Shown here one piece after another: positions 1 through 11,590 of a stretch of 64,000 nucleotides of DNA. How positions within the stretch are numbered: the stretch's first letter is position 1; each line of letters begins with the position of its first letter. The stretch lies in assembly GCA_038087875.1 (NCBI GenBank), contig CM075998.1, positions 7,008,001 to 7,072,000 on the forward strand, in the 5' to 3' direction. This DNA comes from Malacoraja senta (Eukaryota). The translations under genes and the position numbers were made by a program. The notes below the pieces were generated by a model, which searched no databases, had not been told where the DNA came from, and saw nothing but the letters and a program-made list of their open reading frames with translations.

Positions 1-527
1 ACTGGGGTGGAGGTTCACCTTCCAACTGGACAACAACCCTAAGCACACAGCCAAGACAACGCAGGAGTGGCTTCGTGACAAGTTTGTGAATGTCCTTGAG
101 TGGCCCAGCCAGAGCACGGAACTGAATCCTATCAAACATCTCTGGAGGGTCCTGAAAATAGCTGTGCATCGACACTCCCCATCCAACCTGACAGAGCTTG
201 AGAGGATCTGCAGAGAAGAATGGGAGAAATTACCCAAATACAGGTGTGCCAAGCTTGTAGCGTCATACCCAAGAAGACTTGAGGCTGTAATCACTGCCAA
301 AGATGCCTCAACTGAGTACTGAGTAAAGGGTCTGAATACTTATGTAAATGTGATATTTCAGTTATTTTTCATTACTTTGCAAAAATTTCTAAACACCTGT
401 TTTCGCTTTTATGTTATGGGGTATTGTGTAGATTGATGATAAAAAAAAGAATTTAATCCAATTTAGAATAAGGCTGTAACGTAACAAAATGTGGAAAAAG
501 TGAAGGGGTCTGAATACTTTCTGAATG
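1..527 (+). mobile_element. Tc1/mariner DNA transposon, 3' part (transposase C-terminus plus right terminal region)
   Basis: ORF 86-322 VLEWPSQSTELNPIKHLW...LVASYPRRLEAVITAKDASTEY matches the Tc1 WPSQSPDLNPIEHLW...AKGxxTKY C-terminus. GGGTCTGAATACTT occurs at about 328 and 506, as in IR/DR-type Tc1 ends. Confidence 0.9.
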
Positions 528-690
528 TTATCTGGGCATTGTATTGTTGCTGTTTCTGGAAGCTTGCTTTGCACAGATTAGCTGCTGCATTTCCTCACAT
601 GCTGCAGAAGAACTTCAAGTTATACTGTTTGAGGACATCCTGAGAATGAAAAAAAGAGAAGAAACGCAAGCTATTTAATTTACCAAGGCT
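528..690 (+). mobile_element. Deu-domain (SacSINE1/AmnSINE-like) SINE 3' remnant
   Basis: ttatctgg-cattgtattgttgctgttt...ttgctttgcacagattagctgctgcatttcct...gacatcctgag resembles the DeuSINE core and tail as I recall it. A second copy at about 10420-10581 plus 15714-15870 is split by the DIRS element. Confidence 0.6.
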
Positions 691-1062
691 CTTGCTTCCA
701 GTTTATTAGACTGGTCTCCAGACTTTGCCACTTGAACCAAGATGTTGTTGAGGAGATTGAAGCAGTGTTAATTGAACTTGGTGTGCTTTTGTAATTTCTG
801 AATTGAATACCTAGATTGCTGGTGAGTGATGCAACTGATTTTATCTTTCTCCTTTCCAGTGGTTTGGTAACACTGAGTAGGGTAAAGTTCACGAGAACAT
901 TAAAAAAAAATTAATACTGAAGGGTAGTGGAAGGCTGGAGGTGTGTGTGTGTGTGTCTCTCTCATGTACACACACACACACCACCTTGGATGTAGATGGG
1001 TTGGTAGAATTTCAGATAGTGAGGAAACTGTCAAACTATACAGTGGGATGTAGGATCAGTTA

Positions 1063-1643
1063 AAGGCCTGTCTCACGAGTCTGCGGTCATTGGCGGCGAA
1101 ACAGGAAGAATCTACCGCTCCTGGGCCGCCATAGACCGCGCACTCGGTCAAACGCACAATTCCAGGGCCGTGCGGCGTTGTTCCCAACCCCGCACGGTGC
1201 TAAAATAAAACCAACACTGTTCAAAAATATGTCCCTACCGCACAGCCTCCACCAGTGAGGCACGAGTGCGGCACGGCCGCCACCACAGCCGCCGCCAGTG
1301 TGGCACGAGCGCCGTGCGTCGAACTTACACTGCCACAGCCTCCGCCAGTGAGGCACGACCGCCGGCACGGCCGCCGCCACAGCCACCGCTACAGCGCCGC
1401 GATCAGGACGGCCGCCGCCACAGCCCCGCAGATCCAAAATGACGTCATCGCAGTCGGCCCGCCCTTTTTTTTTACTTATCGCAAACACGTGGGACCAGCC
1501 GTATTTAAATCACTCGGCCCCCGCGCAGCATCCGTGCGGCGCTCCCGTGGCATAGGCTCGGCGCTCTCGCCGTTGCCGTGCGGTCCCCTCTACAGGCGAA
1601 GCCGCGCTTCACCGCCGATGACCGCAACACCGTGATACAGCCT
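1063..1643. mobile_element. Non-autonomous PIF/Harbinger-like MITE, GC-rich
   Basis: About 38-bp imperfect TIRs (AAGGCCTGTCTCACGAGTCTGCGGTCATTGGCGGCGAA versus the reverse complement of the right end). TTA duplication at 1060-1062 and 1644-1646; removing the element restores gatcagTTAcagaaatg of a CR1 remnant. Confidence 0.75.
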
Positions 1644-1689
1644 TTACAGAAATGTTCAGTTTAGTTTATTGTCACGTGTACAGTGAAAA

Positions 1690-2260
1690 GCTTTTGATAT
1701 GGCAGATGAAGTTTATCTGAGCAAGCGTGAGGTGTTACACTTTGGGAGGTTGAATGCAATTGATGGCAAGATCTTTAACAGTATTGAGGTACTGAGGATC
1801 TTGGGATCCAAGTCCATAGCACCCTGAAAGTGGCAACACAAGTGGATATAATGGTAAAGAAGGCGTATATTATGCTTGCCTTCATCGGTCGGGGCATTGA
1901 GTATAAGAGTCAGAAAGTCAAATTGCAGCACAAAAGAATTTTGGTCTGGCCGCATTTGGATGTTTTATGCAGTTTTGGTTGCCCAATTGAGGGAAGGATG
2001 TGGAGGTTTTGGAGAGGGTGCAGAAGAGATTTCACCAGAATGCTGCCTGTATTAGAGGTTATTCGCTATGAGGGGTGGTTGATCAAACTTAGATTGTTTT
2101 ATCTTAAGCGTCAGAGGTTGAAGGGAGACCTGATGGAAGTATGTAAAATTATGAGAGACAAAATGAGGGTAAATGAGTTGAACTTGGCATCTTGTTCGCC
2201 AGGGACATTATGGGCCAAAGGGCCTGTTCCTGTGCTGAACTGTTCTAAGTTCTTATTGTT
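1690..2260 (+). mobile_element. Degenerate CR1 LINE 3' fragment
   Basis: ORF 1830-2348 carries VKKAYIMLAFIGRGIEYKS...FTRMLP...RLKGDLMEV, the CR1 ORF2 C-terminal signature, with frameshifts. Confidence 0.85.
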
Positions 2261-2695
2261 TTGTATGTGTCCATGTCAAAACTGGTGCATGTGTCAATGG
2301 CTCATCCTGCCAAAGCTTTATACAATCTCACTGCCTTTAAGTGGTTAGCAAACTGGAAGATGGGGATTTATAGGCGGTAATGGTTGTTGTACTGAAATTG
2401 TGAAGAAACTGCACGTTAAATTCTTCCAACACGCACTCAACCTTCAGCTATTGAGACATAAATGGCCTTGTAAATTATCATTCTCGTGCCTGTATACTTG
2501 CAGTTGAATGACTACAGTGCTTTCAGCGAAAGATGATGTGCGTTATAAAAACGATGGCCAGAAATTGTGGGTCTTTGACTCTGTAAGAAGGCCATCCTTG
2601 ATATCATGGTCTTTGAGCACGAAAATAGCCACAATTTTAAGTGCATTTTCCAAATCTCTAGGAGCAGCATCGTAATAGCACTGTTGAACTATTAA

Positions 2696-3140
2696 CATAG
2701 AAACATAGAAAATAGGTGCAGGAGTAGGCCATTCGGCCCTTAGAGCCAGCACCGCCATTCAATATGATCATGGCTGATCATCCACAATCAGTACCCCGCT
2801 CCCACTTTTTCCACATATCTCTTGATTCCGTTAGCCCTAAGAGCTAAATCTAACTCTCTCTTGAAAACATCCAGTGAATTGGCATCCACTGCCTTCTGAG
2901 TCAGAGAATTCCACAGATTCACAACTATCTGGTTGAAAAACTTTTTCTTCATCTCAGTCCTAAATGGCCTACCCCTTATTCTGAAACTGTGACCCCTGGT
3001 TCTGGACTCCCCCAAGATGGGGAACTTTTTTCCTGCATCTAGCCTGTCCAATCCTTTAAGAATTATATATGTTTCTATATGATCCCCTCTCATCCTGAAT
3101 TCCAGTGAATATAAGCCCAGTCGACCCATTCTTTAATCAT
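2696..3140 (-). mobile_element. CR1 LINE 3' end
   Basis: ORF 2788-3129 [18 protein letters not shown]...RTRGH...VVNLWNSL, with the (CATAGAAA)n tail on the + strand. Confidence 0.92.
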
Positions 3141-4070
3141 ACATGGAATACTGCCGAGGGCAGGATTATATTCCACTTTCTTGGTTCCTTGTTATGTGAT
3201 TTAATATCCTACCAGTATTCGTTGTCTCTGGACACCTCGTGTAGAAAAATGGATGTGAATGTTGGAAGATGGTGGATGTCCGTGTGATCATACCCAGCTA
3301 GACCTTTATCGTAAGGAGTGATACAGAAAATCAACAAAAGAATATTCTAAAGAAGTACATCCAACTCTTGCATCAATACGCTGACACAATGGGCAGCTTG
3401 TTGCAGACATTTGCTTCCCCCTGCACAGAGGAGTGGAATCTGAACTGTCTCTTCATTCTCCCTCCAACAACTTTTGGATGGGTGCCTGCTGTGTAGTCGG
3501 CATTAAACATTTTCATTTACCTTGCCTGTCTCCTGTATGATTGTCCAGAGCCCCTTCTCCTGTGTGAACACTCCCAGTTTATTCTACCTCTCCTGGTAAC
3601 CCAGGGGCTAATCCCGGCTCTGTTTAGTTTCCCTCTGCGTCTTTCCAGTACCTCGGTGATCTCTTGTGGTAAAGACCTTGGAACTGTACCCTGCAGTCCG
3701 GATATGACTGGACTGGGTAAGGTCGGACACTGTAAAGTCAATCACTGAGATTTACCCTGTCCTTGATTATCGAGCTGTCTACCTCGTTGCTCGCACTACT
3801 GTCCACACGTCTGAAGACTTTAGGTTTTATCAGTCGTTATCCATAATCAATTTTCAGTATTGTCCTGTTGAGCAAGCTTGTACCATCATTGATTTAATAT
3901 CTATTCCAATTCTAGGGCTGGCTTTGTAAAGAAGAAACTGGTGATTTTTTTTTAAATCAACTGCATTGTACAGGTCCTCAATTGTACTCGAGGGCACATT
4001 GACCATCTAACCGAAACATCACTGGATGAGTTGGATTGCTGTTTAATAATAATACTTATCTTTTGTGCAG

Positions 4071-4192
4071 ACTGATATTACCTGTCCAGGATTCAAAGAA
4101 TACCATGAGAGACTGCAGACCTTTCTTATCTGGTTCATTGAAACAGCAAGTTTCATTGATGTGGATGATGACAAATGGCAGTTTTTTCTTGT
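4071..4192 (+). CDS. HAT1: HAT1/HAT1-like histone acetyltransferase, internal exon (122 nt; equivalent to human exon 6)
   Basis: ttttgtgcag| TDITCPGFKEYHERLQTFLIWFIETASFIDVDDDKWQFFLV |gtaagt; matches HAT1 YHERLQTFLMWFIETASFIDVDD. Confidence 0.96.
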
Positions 4193-4297
4193 GTAAGTAC
4201 ACATCTGATGCATGGCAGAGAGGTATTTTTATTTATGGCCACTGAGTAATACCATTATTTAAATTTAAAGTGCCCTCTGGGCAATCAGTTATAAAAA

Positions 4298-7200
4298 CAT
4301 AGAAAATAGGTGCAGGAGGAGGCCATTCGGCCCTTCGAGCCAGCACTGCCATTCATTGTGATCATGGCTGATCGTCCCCTATCAATAACCCGTGCCTGCC
4401 TTCTCCCCATATCCCCTGACTCCACTAGCCCCTAGAGCTCTATCTAACTCTTAAATCCATCCAGTGATTTGGCCTCCACTGCCCTCTGTGGCAGGGAATT
4501 CCATAAATTCACAACTCTCTGGGTGAAAACGTTTTTTCTCACCTCAGTCTTAAATAACCTCCCCTTTATTCTAAGACTGGCCCCTGGTTCTGGACTCGCC
4601 CAACATTGGGAACATTTTTCCTGCATTTAGCTTGTCCAGTCCTTTTATAATTTTATATGTTTCTATAAGATCTCCCCTCATCCTTCTAAACTCCAGTGAA
4701 TACAAGCCTAGTCTTTTCAATCTTTCCTCATATGACAGTTCTGCTATCCCAGGGATCAATCTCGTGAACCTACGCTGCACTGCCTCAATCACAAGGATGT
4801 CGTTCCTCAAATTAGGAGACCAAAACTGTACACAATACTCCAGATGTGGTCTTACCAGAGCCCTATACAATTGCAGAAGAACCTCTTTACTCCTATACTG
4901 AAATCCTCTTGTTATGAAGGCCAACATTCCATTAGCTTTCTTCACTGCCTGCTGTACCTGCACGCCAACTTTCAGTGACCGGTGTACAAGGACACCCAGG
5001 TCTCGCTGTACCTCCCCCTTACCTAACCTAACCCCGTTGAGATAATAATCTGCCCCCTTTTTTTTGCCGCCAAAGTGGGTAACCTCACATTTATCTACAT
5101 TATACTGCATCTGCCACGCATCTGCCCACTCACTCAACCTGTCCAGGTCACCCTGCAACCTCCTAACATCCTCTTCACAGTTCACACTGCCACCCAGCTT
5201 TGTGTCATCCGCAAACTTGCTAGTGTTGCTCCTAATTCCCTCTTCCAAATCATTAATATATATGGTAAACAGTTGCGGCCCCAACACCGAGCCTTGCGGC
5301 ACTCCACTCGCCACTGCCTGCCATTCTGAAAAGGACCCGTTCTCTCCTACTCTTTGCTTCCGGTCTGCCAACCAATTATCTATCCATGTCAACACCCTAC
5401 CCCCAATACCATGAGCTCTAATTTTAGTCACCAGTCTCCCGTGCGGGACCTTATCAAAGGCTTTCTGAAAGTCTAGATGCACTACATCCACTGGCTCCCC
5501 TTCATCCATTTTACTTGTCACATCCTCAAAAAATTCCAGAAGATTAGTCAAGCATGATTTCCCTTTCATAAATCCATGTTGACTTGGACTAATCCTTTTA
5601 CTGCTATCCAAATGCCCCATTATTACCTCTTTAATAATTGACTCCAGCATCTTTCCCACCACCGAAGTCAGGCTAACTGGTCTGTAATTCCCCGTTTTCT
5701 CTCTCGCTCCTTTCTTGAAAAGTGGGATAACATTAGCTATCCTGCAATCCACAGGAACTGATCCTGAATCTATTGAACATTTGAAAATGATCAGCAATGC
5801 GTCCACTATTTCTAGAGCTACCTCCCTGAGGACCCTGGGATGCAGACCATCAGGCCCAGAGGATTTATCATCCTTCAGTCCCATTAGCCTACCCAATACT
5901 ATTTCTCGCCTAATGAAAATTTATTTCAGTTCCTCTACCCCCTTAGATCCTCTGTCCTCCAGTACATCTGGGAGATTGTTTGTGTCTTCCTTAGTGAAGA
6001 CAGATCCAAAGTACCTATTCAACTCTTCTGCCATTTCCTTGTTGCCCATAATAATTTCACCCGTGTCTGCCTTCAAGGGACCCACATTTGACTTTGCTAC
6101 TCTTTTTCCCTTAACATATCTAAAGAAGCTTTTACTGTCCTTCTTTATATTCCTGGCCAGCTTCCCCTCGTACTTCATCTTTTCAGCCCGTATTGCCCGT
6201 TTTTTGCTGTGCTGTGCTGTAACTCTTTGCTGTGTTATACATCTTTTCTTTTAGTTTTATTCTATCCCTAACTTCTCTTGTCAGCCACGGTTGCCTCCTA
6301 CTCCCCTTAGAATCTTTCTTCCTTTTTGGAATGAAATGGTCCTGCGTCTCCCGGATTATGCCCAGAAATTCCTGCCATTGCTGTTCCACCGTCATTCCTG
6401 CTAGGATCCCTTTCCAGTCTACTTTGGCCAGCTCCCCTCTCATGCCTTCATAGTCCCCTTTGTTCAACTGCATCACTGCCACTTCCGATTTAACGTTCTC
6501 CTTCTCAAATTGCAGATTAAAACTAATCATATTATGATCACTACCTCCAAGCGGTTCCTTTACCTCGAGTTCTCTTATCATATCTGGTTCATTGGACAAC
6601 ACTAAATCCAGAATTGCCTTTTCTCTGGTCGGCTCCATTACAAGCTGCTCTAAGAATCCATCTCGGAGGCATTCTACAAACTCTCTTTCTTGGGGTCCTG
6701 AACCAACTTGATTTTCCCAGTCTACCTGCATATTGAAATCCCCCATCACCACAGTGGCATTACCTTTGTTACATGCCAGTTTTAACTCCTGCTGCAACTT
6801 ACACCCTACATCCGGGCTACTATTTGGGGGTCTGTAAATAACACCAATTAGTGTCTTCTTGCCTTTACAATTCCTCAACTCAATCCACAGTGACTCTACC
6901 TCGTCAGTCCCTATGCCTTCCCTCGCAAGGGACTGAATTCCATCCCTCACCAGCAGAGCTACCCCCCCCTCCTCTGCCCACCTGCCTGTCCTTTCTATAG
7001 GATGTATAGCCCTGAATATTAAGTTCCTAGGCCCGATCCTCCTGCAGCCACGTCTCAGTAATCCCCACATTGTCATATCTACCAACCTCTAATTGAGCCT
7101 CAAGCTCATCTACTTTACTTCTTGTACTTTGCGCATTCAAATACAGTACTTTTAATTCCTTACGCATCTCACCATTCACATCGATCCCTATTACACTTGG

Positions 7201-7612
7201 CCATACTCTCCTATCCCTTTGTGAGCTTCCTTTCCCGTTAATTCTGGGGTCATTAACCACCCCTTTACTCTCTTTCCCTTTAACTCCATCCTCGACTATC
7301 CCATTTGACACCCCACCCCCTTATTCAGTTTAAAACCACCCGTGTAGCAGTGGCAAACCTGCCTGCCAGAATGCTGGTCCCCCACCTGTTAAGATGCAAT
7401 CCGTCCCTTTTGTACAGTTCCCCCTTACTCCAAACCAGATCCCAGTGGTCTAAGAATCTAAATCCCTGCCCCCCTGCACCAGTTCCTCAGCCACACATTC
7501 AGGTCCTGTATCTCCCTGTTCCTGCTCTCGCTAGCACGAGGAACTGGAAGCAAACCGGAGATAACAACCCTGGAGGTCCTGCTTTTCATCATTTTTCCGA
7601 GCTCTCTAAAGT
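4298..7612 (-). mobile_element. CR1 LINE (subfamily A): ORF1 esterase 3' part, APE endonuclease, RT and 3' tail; disrupted
   Basis: ORFs 7027-7311 (LKVLYLNAQS, GITETWL), 6183-7085 (GDFN, SDH) and 4571-5896 (PGPDG-like, [21 protein letters not shown]). Near-identical to the + copy at 48830-52400. Confidence 0.95.
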
Positions 7613-8063
7613 GGCCACAGTTATCTGCTGATTTAAGTAAATCAAAAAACTGCAGGTACTTAAAGTCTGAAACAAAATAGAAAATGCTGGAAATAGTCAG
7701 CAGGTCAGGAACATCTGTGGAAAGAGAAGCATTTAATGTTTCCAGTTCAAGATTCTTCGTCAGAACTGGAAAATGGAGGCATCACATTAGCTTTCAATGT
7801 GTGCTGATGTAAACCATCTGTTAGTAAAGCAGAAATTGAGCCACAATAGAGACAGTAGAATAAAAATAGTAATTAATAACAATGTGCGGTCCATCTCCAC
7901 AAATAAAGGTAACCAGGCCACAAAGGAAGTAATGTCTATTGTTCATTCTACATTTGAGGACGGGGATGGATTGAGTGGGCACCAACTCCATACAAGATCC
8001 TGAGAGTGAGTGAAAATGTTATAGCTATTGTAATTTTTGTTTCTCCATTTCTATTTTATGCAG

Positions 8064-8168
8064 GTTTGAAAGGTATCTTGAAGATGGTTCTCCACGATTT
8101 GCAACTGTGGGTTACATGACTGTGTATAATTTCTATGCATACCCTGACAAAATGAGACCTCGAATTGG
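8064..8168 (+). CDS. HAT1: HAT1-like internal exon (105 nt)
   Basis: ttttatgcag| FERYLEDGSPRFATVGYMTVYNFYAYPDKMRPRI(G) |gtaggt; phase continues from the previous exon. Confidence 0.96.
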
Positions 8169-8352
8169 GTAGGTCATTTGGTGCAATATTCCTTGCAGAA
8201 GTAAATGTTAAGCAAATTTCAAATTGAGAAGTCTCAAATTATCCTGAAGGATGTGGTCATTATGGTGTGGGCACTTACAATGAAGTCATTATTTTTCTTT
8301 CCATCAACAGCTTGTATTTGCCTGTATAAGAGATGCTATATAAGCATCCTAA

Positions 8353-8658
8353 AGGGCCTGTCCCACTGTACGAGGTAATTCAAGAGTTCTCCCGAGTTTC
8401 CCCTGATTCGAACTCGGAGAATTACGGTAATAGCCGCTCGTAGGTACTCGGGGCTCTCGTGGACATTTTTCACAGTGCTGAAAAAAAGTCACGAGTTACC
8501 GCGTTTCCCGAGTACCTGCCGTTAGCATTACGAGCCGCTACGAGACATCCACGAGCTCCGACGTAGCCGCTACGTACATTCTACATACTTACCACGTGTT
8601 TGATTTTTTTTAAACTCTGGAGAGCTCTTGAATTACCTCATACAGTGGGACAGGCCCT
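8353..8658. mobile_element. Harbinger-like MITE
   Basis: TIR AGGGCCTGTCCCACTGTA(C/T)GAGGTAATTCAAGAG at both ends; TAA target duplication at 8350-8352 and 8659-8661. Confidence 0.88.
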
Positions 8659-9865
8659 TAAGGAGCCTCGGAGAGACGCAATTAGATAACAATGGAGATT
8701 TGGACTAGAGAGGAAACATAAGGATGTGTGACTGAAAGATGGAAGACATGTTCTAAGGAGAGAGGGAAGTAGAGAAGCAGCTGTTTGGTGAGGGAATTCT
8801 AAAGCATTGAGTTTTTTTTGATAAAAGGCGTGAGTGATAGGAGTGTGGTGATGAGAGGAGAAATGCACACAAGGGAAAAATGGCATGTTTAGGGTGGGAG
8901 GAGAATGCTGGAGGTTACAAAGAGAGCATGAACAGAGGGCTGCAAGTTGTGAAGAGAGCACCAACAAAGGCTAGCGATTTTAACAGACGCCAATTGGACG
9001 GTGTTGGGACACCGGGAGAAGAGAGGTTGTGCGTTATCTTCATCTTCAGGATGCTTTTGAAATAGTGAACAGTTTAGGCAAAGAGGAGTGTAGCCCCACT
9101 AAATCTGGACAATACTGAAATTCGCAGAGCAAACAAAATGTTCTTGGCTGTGGCTGAGGTGTCAGTCGAGAGGCTGCATTAGATGATGGGGTCAAGACGG
9201 TAGTTGTGAATATTAGTTGGATATTTTATAAGGAGGAAAATCATGTTTGTAAAACGAGAGCTAGTGAAGGTGGAGCAAAAGAAAAAAGATTGAAATTGCC
9301 AAAAGTGAGGAGTGACTGGAGGCCAAGATTGAGGGAGAGGAGGAGATGCAGGTTGGAAATTCAGAGCTTTTGAAGGGAGATGTATTTAACAGAGAAGCAG
9401 GATGGAACAAAAAGTTCTAGTGAGGAGAAACGGCCACCGCGTTTGATATTGGGTGATGTCAACATTGCAGGCCTTGGGCTCGGGGGGGGGGTTGGTTCAA
9501 AGCAGACACAGCTAGAGGAATTACGGGGAAGGATAACACCAATTTTATGTCGGAAACATGATGTTGATGTAATTTTACTCATTACAAGTTATGAACAGTA
9601 GGGGCTGCCTTCATGGATGGATGAGTAAAATGGAGAGTGATGTGAAGAGGCGAGGGATTAGTATTAATCTGCTGCAGTGTCCAGGAGTTGGTTAAATAAT
9701 GGTCCAAGGGAGAGAAAAATAAACTGTCTGTGAGGACTAAAGGTAAATAAAAATTGACGGGGTTGGGTTAAGAGACCAACAGCTAAAATTACACACTCCA
9801 AAGCATGCATGCTAATACAAATGGACAGTAACTTCTATTTATTTTTGTTTTGTTTCCTCTTCAAG

Positions 9866-9972
9866 TCAAATGCTGGTGCTGCCTCCATTCCAAGGTGAAG
9901 GACATGGTGCACAACTGATGGAGACAGTCCAGAGGTTTTACACAACTAAGCCATCCATATTGGATATTACTG
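9866..9972 (+). CDS. HAT1: HAT1-like internal exon (107 nt), containing the acetyl-CoA binding motif A
   Basis: tttcctcttcaag| QMLVLPPFQGEGHGAQLMETVQRFYTTKPSILDIT |gtcagt; GNAT Q-x-x-G-x-G motif. Confidence 0.96.
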
Positions 9973-11034
9973 GTCAGTCTCTTCACTGCAATATGTTCAG
10001 AAGTTTTTATTTTGAGTGAATAGTATCTCATGCAATGTGGTAAAAGGACAAAATAAAACCAAGAGAACATGCTGTCCAAAGGCTGATAAATTAATCTGTA
10101 CATCCTTCCTCCCTCAGCTGTTAAATATCCTAATCTTTCAGTGGCCCGTGAGGTGGCTTCGTCGGGCAGATGGTTTAAATCTGTTTTTTTTAGTCCACTT
10201 GCTGTTAGTGTTAATCTGTGGCTCTGCCATGATTGACCTGCTGTTTTTCAGATTTGAAACCAGAGAGAGCAGATTGAACCTCTATTCTGCTCCCAGCCAT
10301 ATAAACCACAGTGACATCTTCGGTGGGTCTGTCCTGTCTGTGGGATAAAATAGTCCCAAAGATGTTAATGGGCTGATCTGTATGGGTATGATTCAATAGA
10401 TTGAACCTTACCGTAACTCTCAGCAGAGTCTGAATCATAGATTTGAGTTCCATTCCCAAGGCTTGAGGACAGAATTGAAATTGTTGCTCCGGTGCAGTAC
10501 TGAACATTATTGGTATATAATATCTGGACATTGTATTGCTGTTTCTGGAAGCTTACTTTACACAGAGCAGCTGCTGCATTTTACTTCGGAGTCACGTGAG
10601 TGACTACGTGAAGAAGAGCCCGTCCAGCCGCACACGCGTCATATCGTCAGACGCATAGCGCAGCGACCGTGTGTTTGGAGTGAGCAGAGCTCCTCCAAAC
10701 CGGGAAGTAAAAAGCCTGAAGGTAAGTGTTTACTTACGTTTTTCAGGTCGCTTTCATCAGAGAACTTGTAGTTGGAACAACACAAGTCAGAATGGAGAAA
10801 GGATGTTAGAGGCGTACCGCAGGTAAACTCGAGAAAGACCGCACGTCTGCGAGTAGCGGGCGCCCTTTTGAGGAGTCGGTGGCAGCCATCGACTTTTAAT
10901 ACGGTTAAAAAATATACCGTTGTAGCACCATTAGGGCGCAAGAGACAAAAGGCCGGGTGGCCAGTAGACTCTGAGGAGTCAGACCGGAGGATCCCCGACT
11001 CAGGCAGACATTTTGTCTATTCGAGTCCGCGTTG

Positions 11035-11590
11035 GGAGAGCCAGCGCAGGGAATGCCTGGGGAAGGTCTGGCTTAGCGTTGGCCTATAGGAGAGCCAGCA
11101 CTGGGAGTGCCTGGGGAAGGTCCGGGCTTAGCGTTGGCCTATAGGAGAGCCAGCGCATGGAGTGCCTGGGGAAGGTCTGGCTTAGCGTTGGCCTATAGGA
11201 GAGCCAGCGCAGGGAGTGCCTGGGGAAGGTCCAGGCTTAGCGTTGGCCTATAGGAGAGCCAGCACATGGAGTGTTTTGGAAGGTCCGGCTCAGCGTTAGC
11301 CTAATGGAGAGTCAGCGCAGGGAGTACTTGGAAAGGTCCGGCTCAGCGCTTGCCTACAGGGGAGCCAGTGTGAGCAATGCCTGGATAAGGGCATTTTTTA
11401 TGCGTTGGTCTACAGGAGAGCCAGCGCCAACTATGTCTGGAGAAAGACAGTTTAAGCATTGGCCTACAGGTGAGCCAGCGCCAGCAGCACCTGAAAGAGG
11501 GCTGCCTATGATGGGCCTACAGGAGAGCCCGCGCGGCGAGCACCTGGGAAAGGGTTTACTATGCGTAGGCCTATGGGAGAGCCAGCGCTA
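11035..11590 (+). repeat. About 54-bp tandem repeat (around 10 diverging copies) in the DIRS gag/ORF1 region
   Basis: Unit GGAGAGCCAGCGCAGGGAGTGCCTGGGGAAGGTCTGGCTTAGCGTTGGCCTATA repeated head-to-tail with no spacers. Confidence 0.9.

Noticed and set aside
1087..1635. Ala/Arg/Gly-rich ORFs on both strands and a CpG-island-like composition
   Set aside because: They lie entirely within a TIR-bounded MITE; the ORFs reflect GC richness.
3310..3497. GSLLQTFA as a possible upstream HAT1 exon (compare GTLLHTYS)
   Set aside because: The surrounding translation has no HAT1 similarity and there are no suitable splice sites; the earlier exons are probably upstream of the window.
4632..6453. Numerous Ser/Leu-rich ORFs antisense to CR1 ORF2 (also at 42770-45435, 50353-51649 and 60286-62475)
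   Set aside because: Shadow ORFs of LINE coding sequence that recur in each copy.
11035..11590. Regular repeats that could suggest a CRISPR array
   Set aside because: Units are contiguous with no unique spacers, lie inside a DIRS element, and the DNA is vertebrate with no cas genes.
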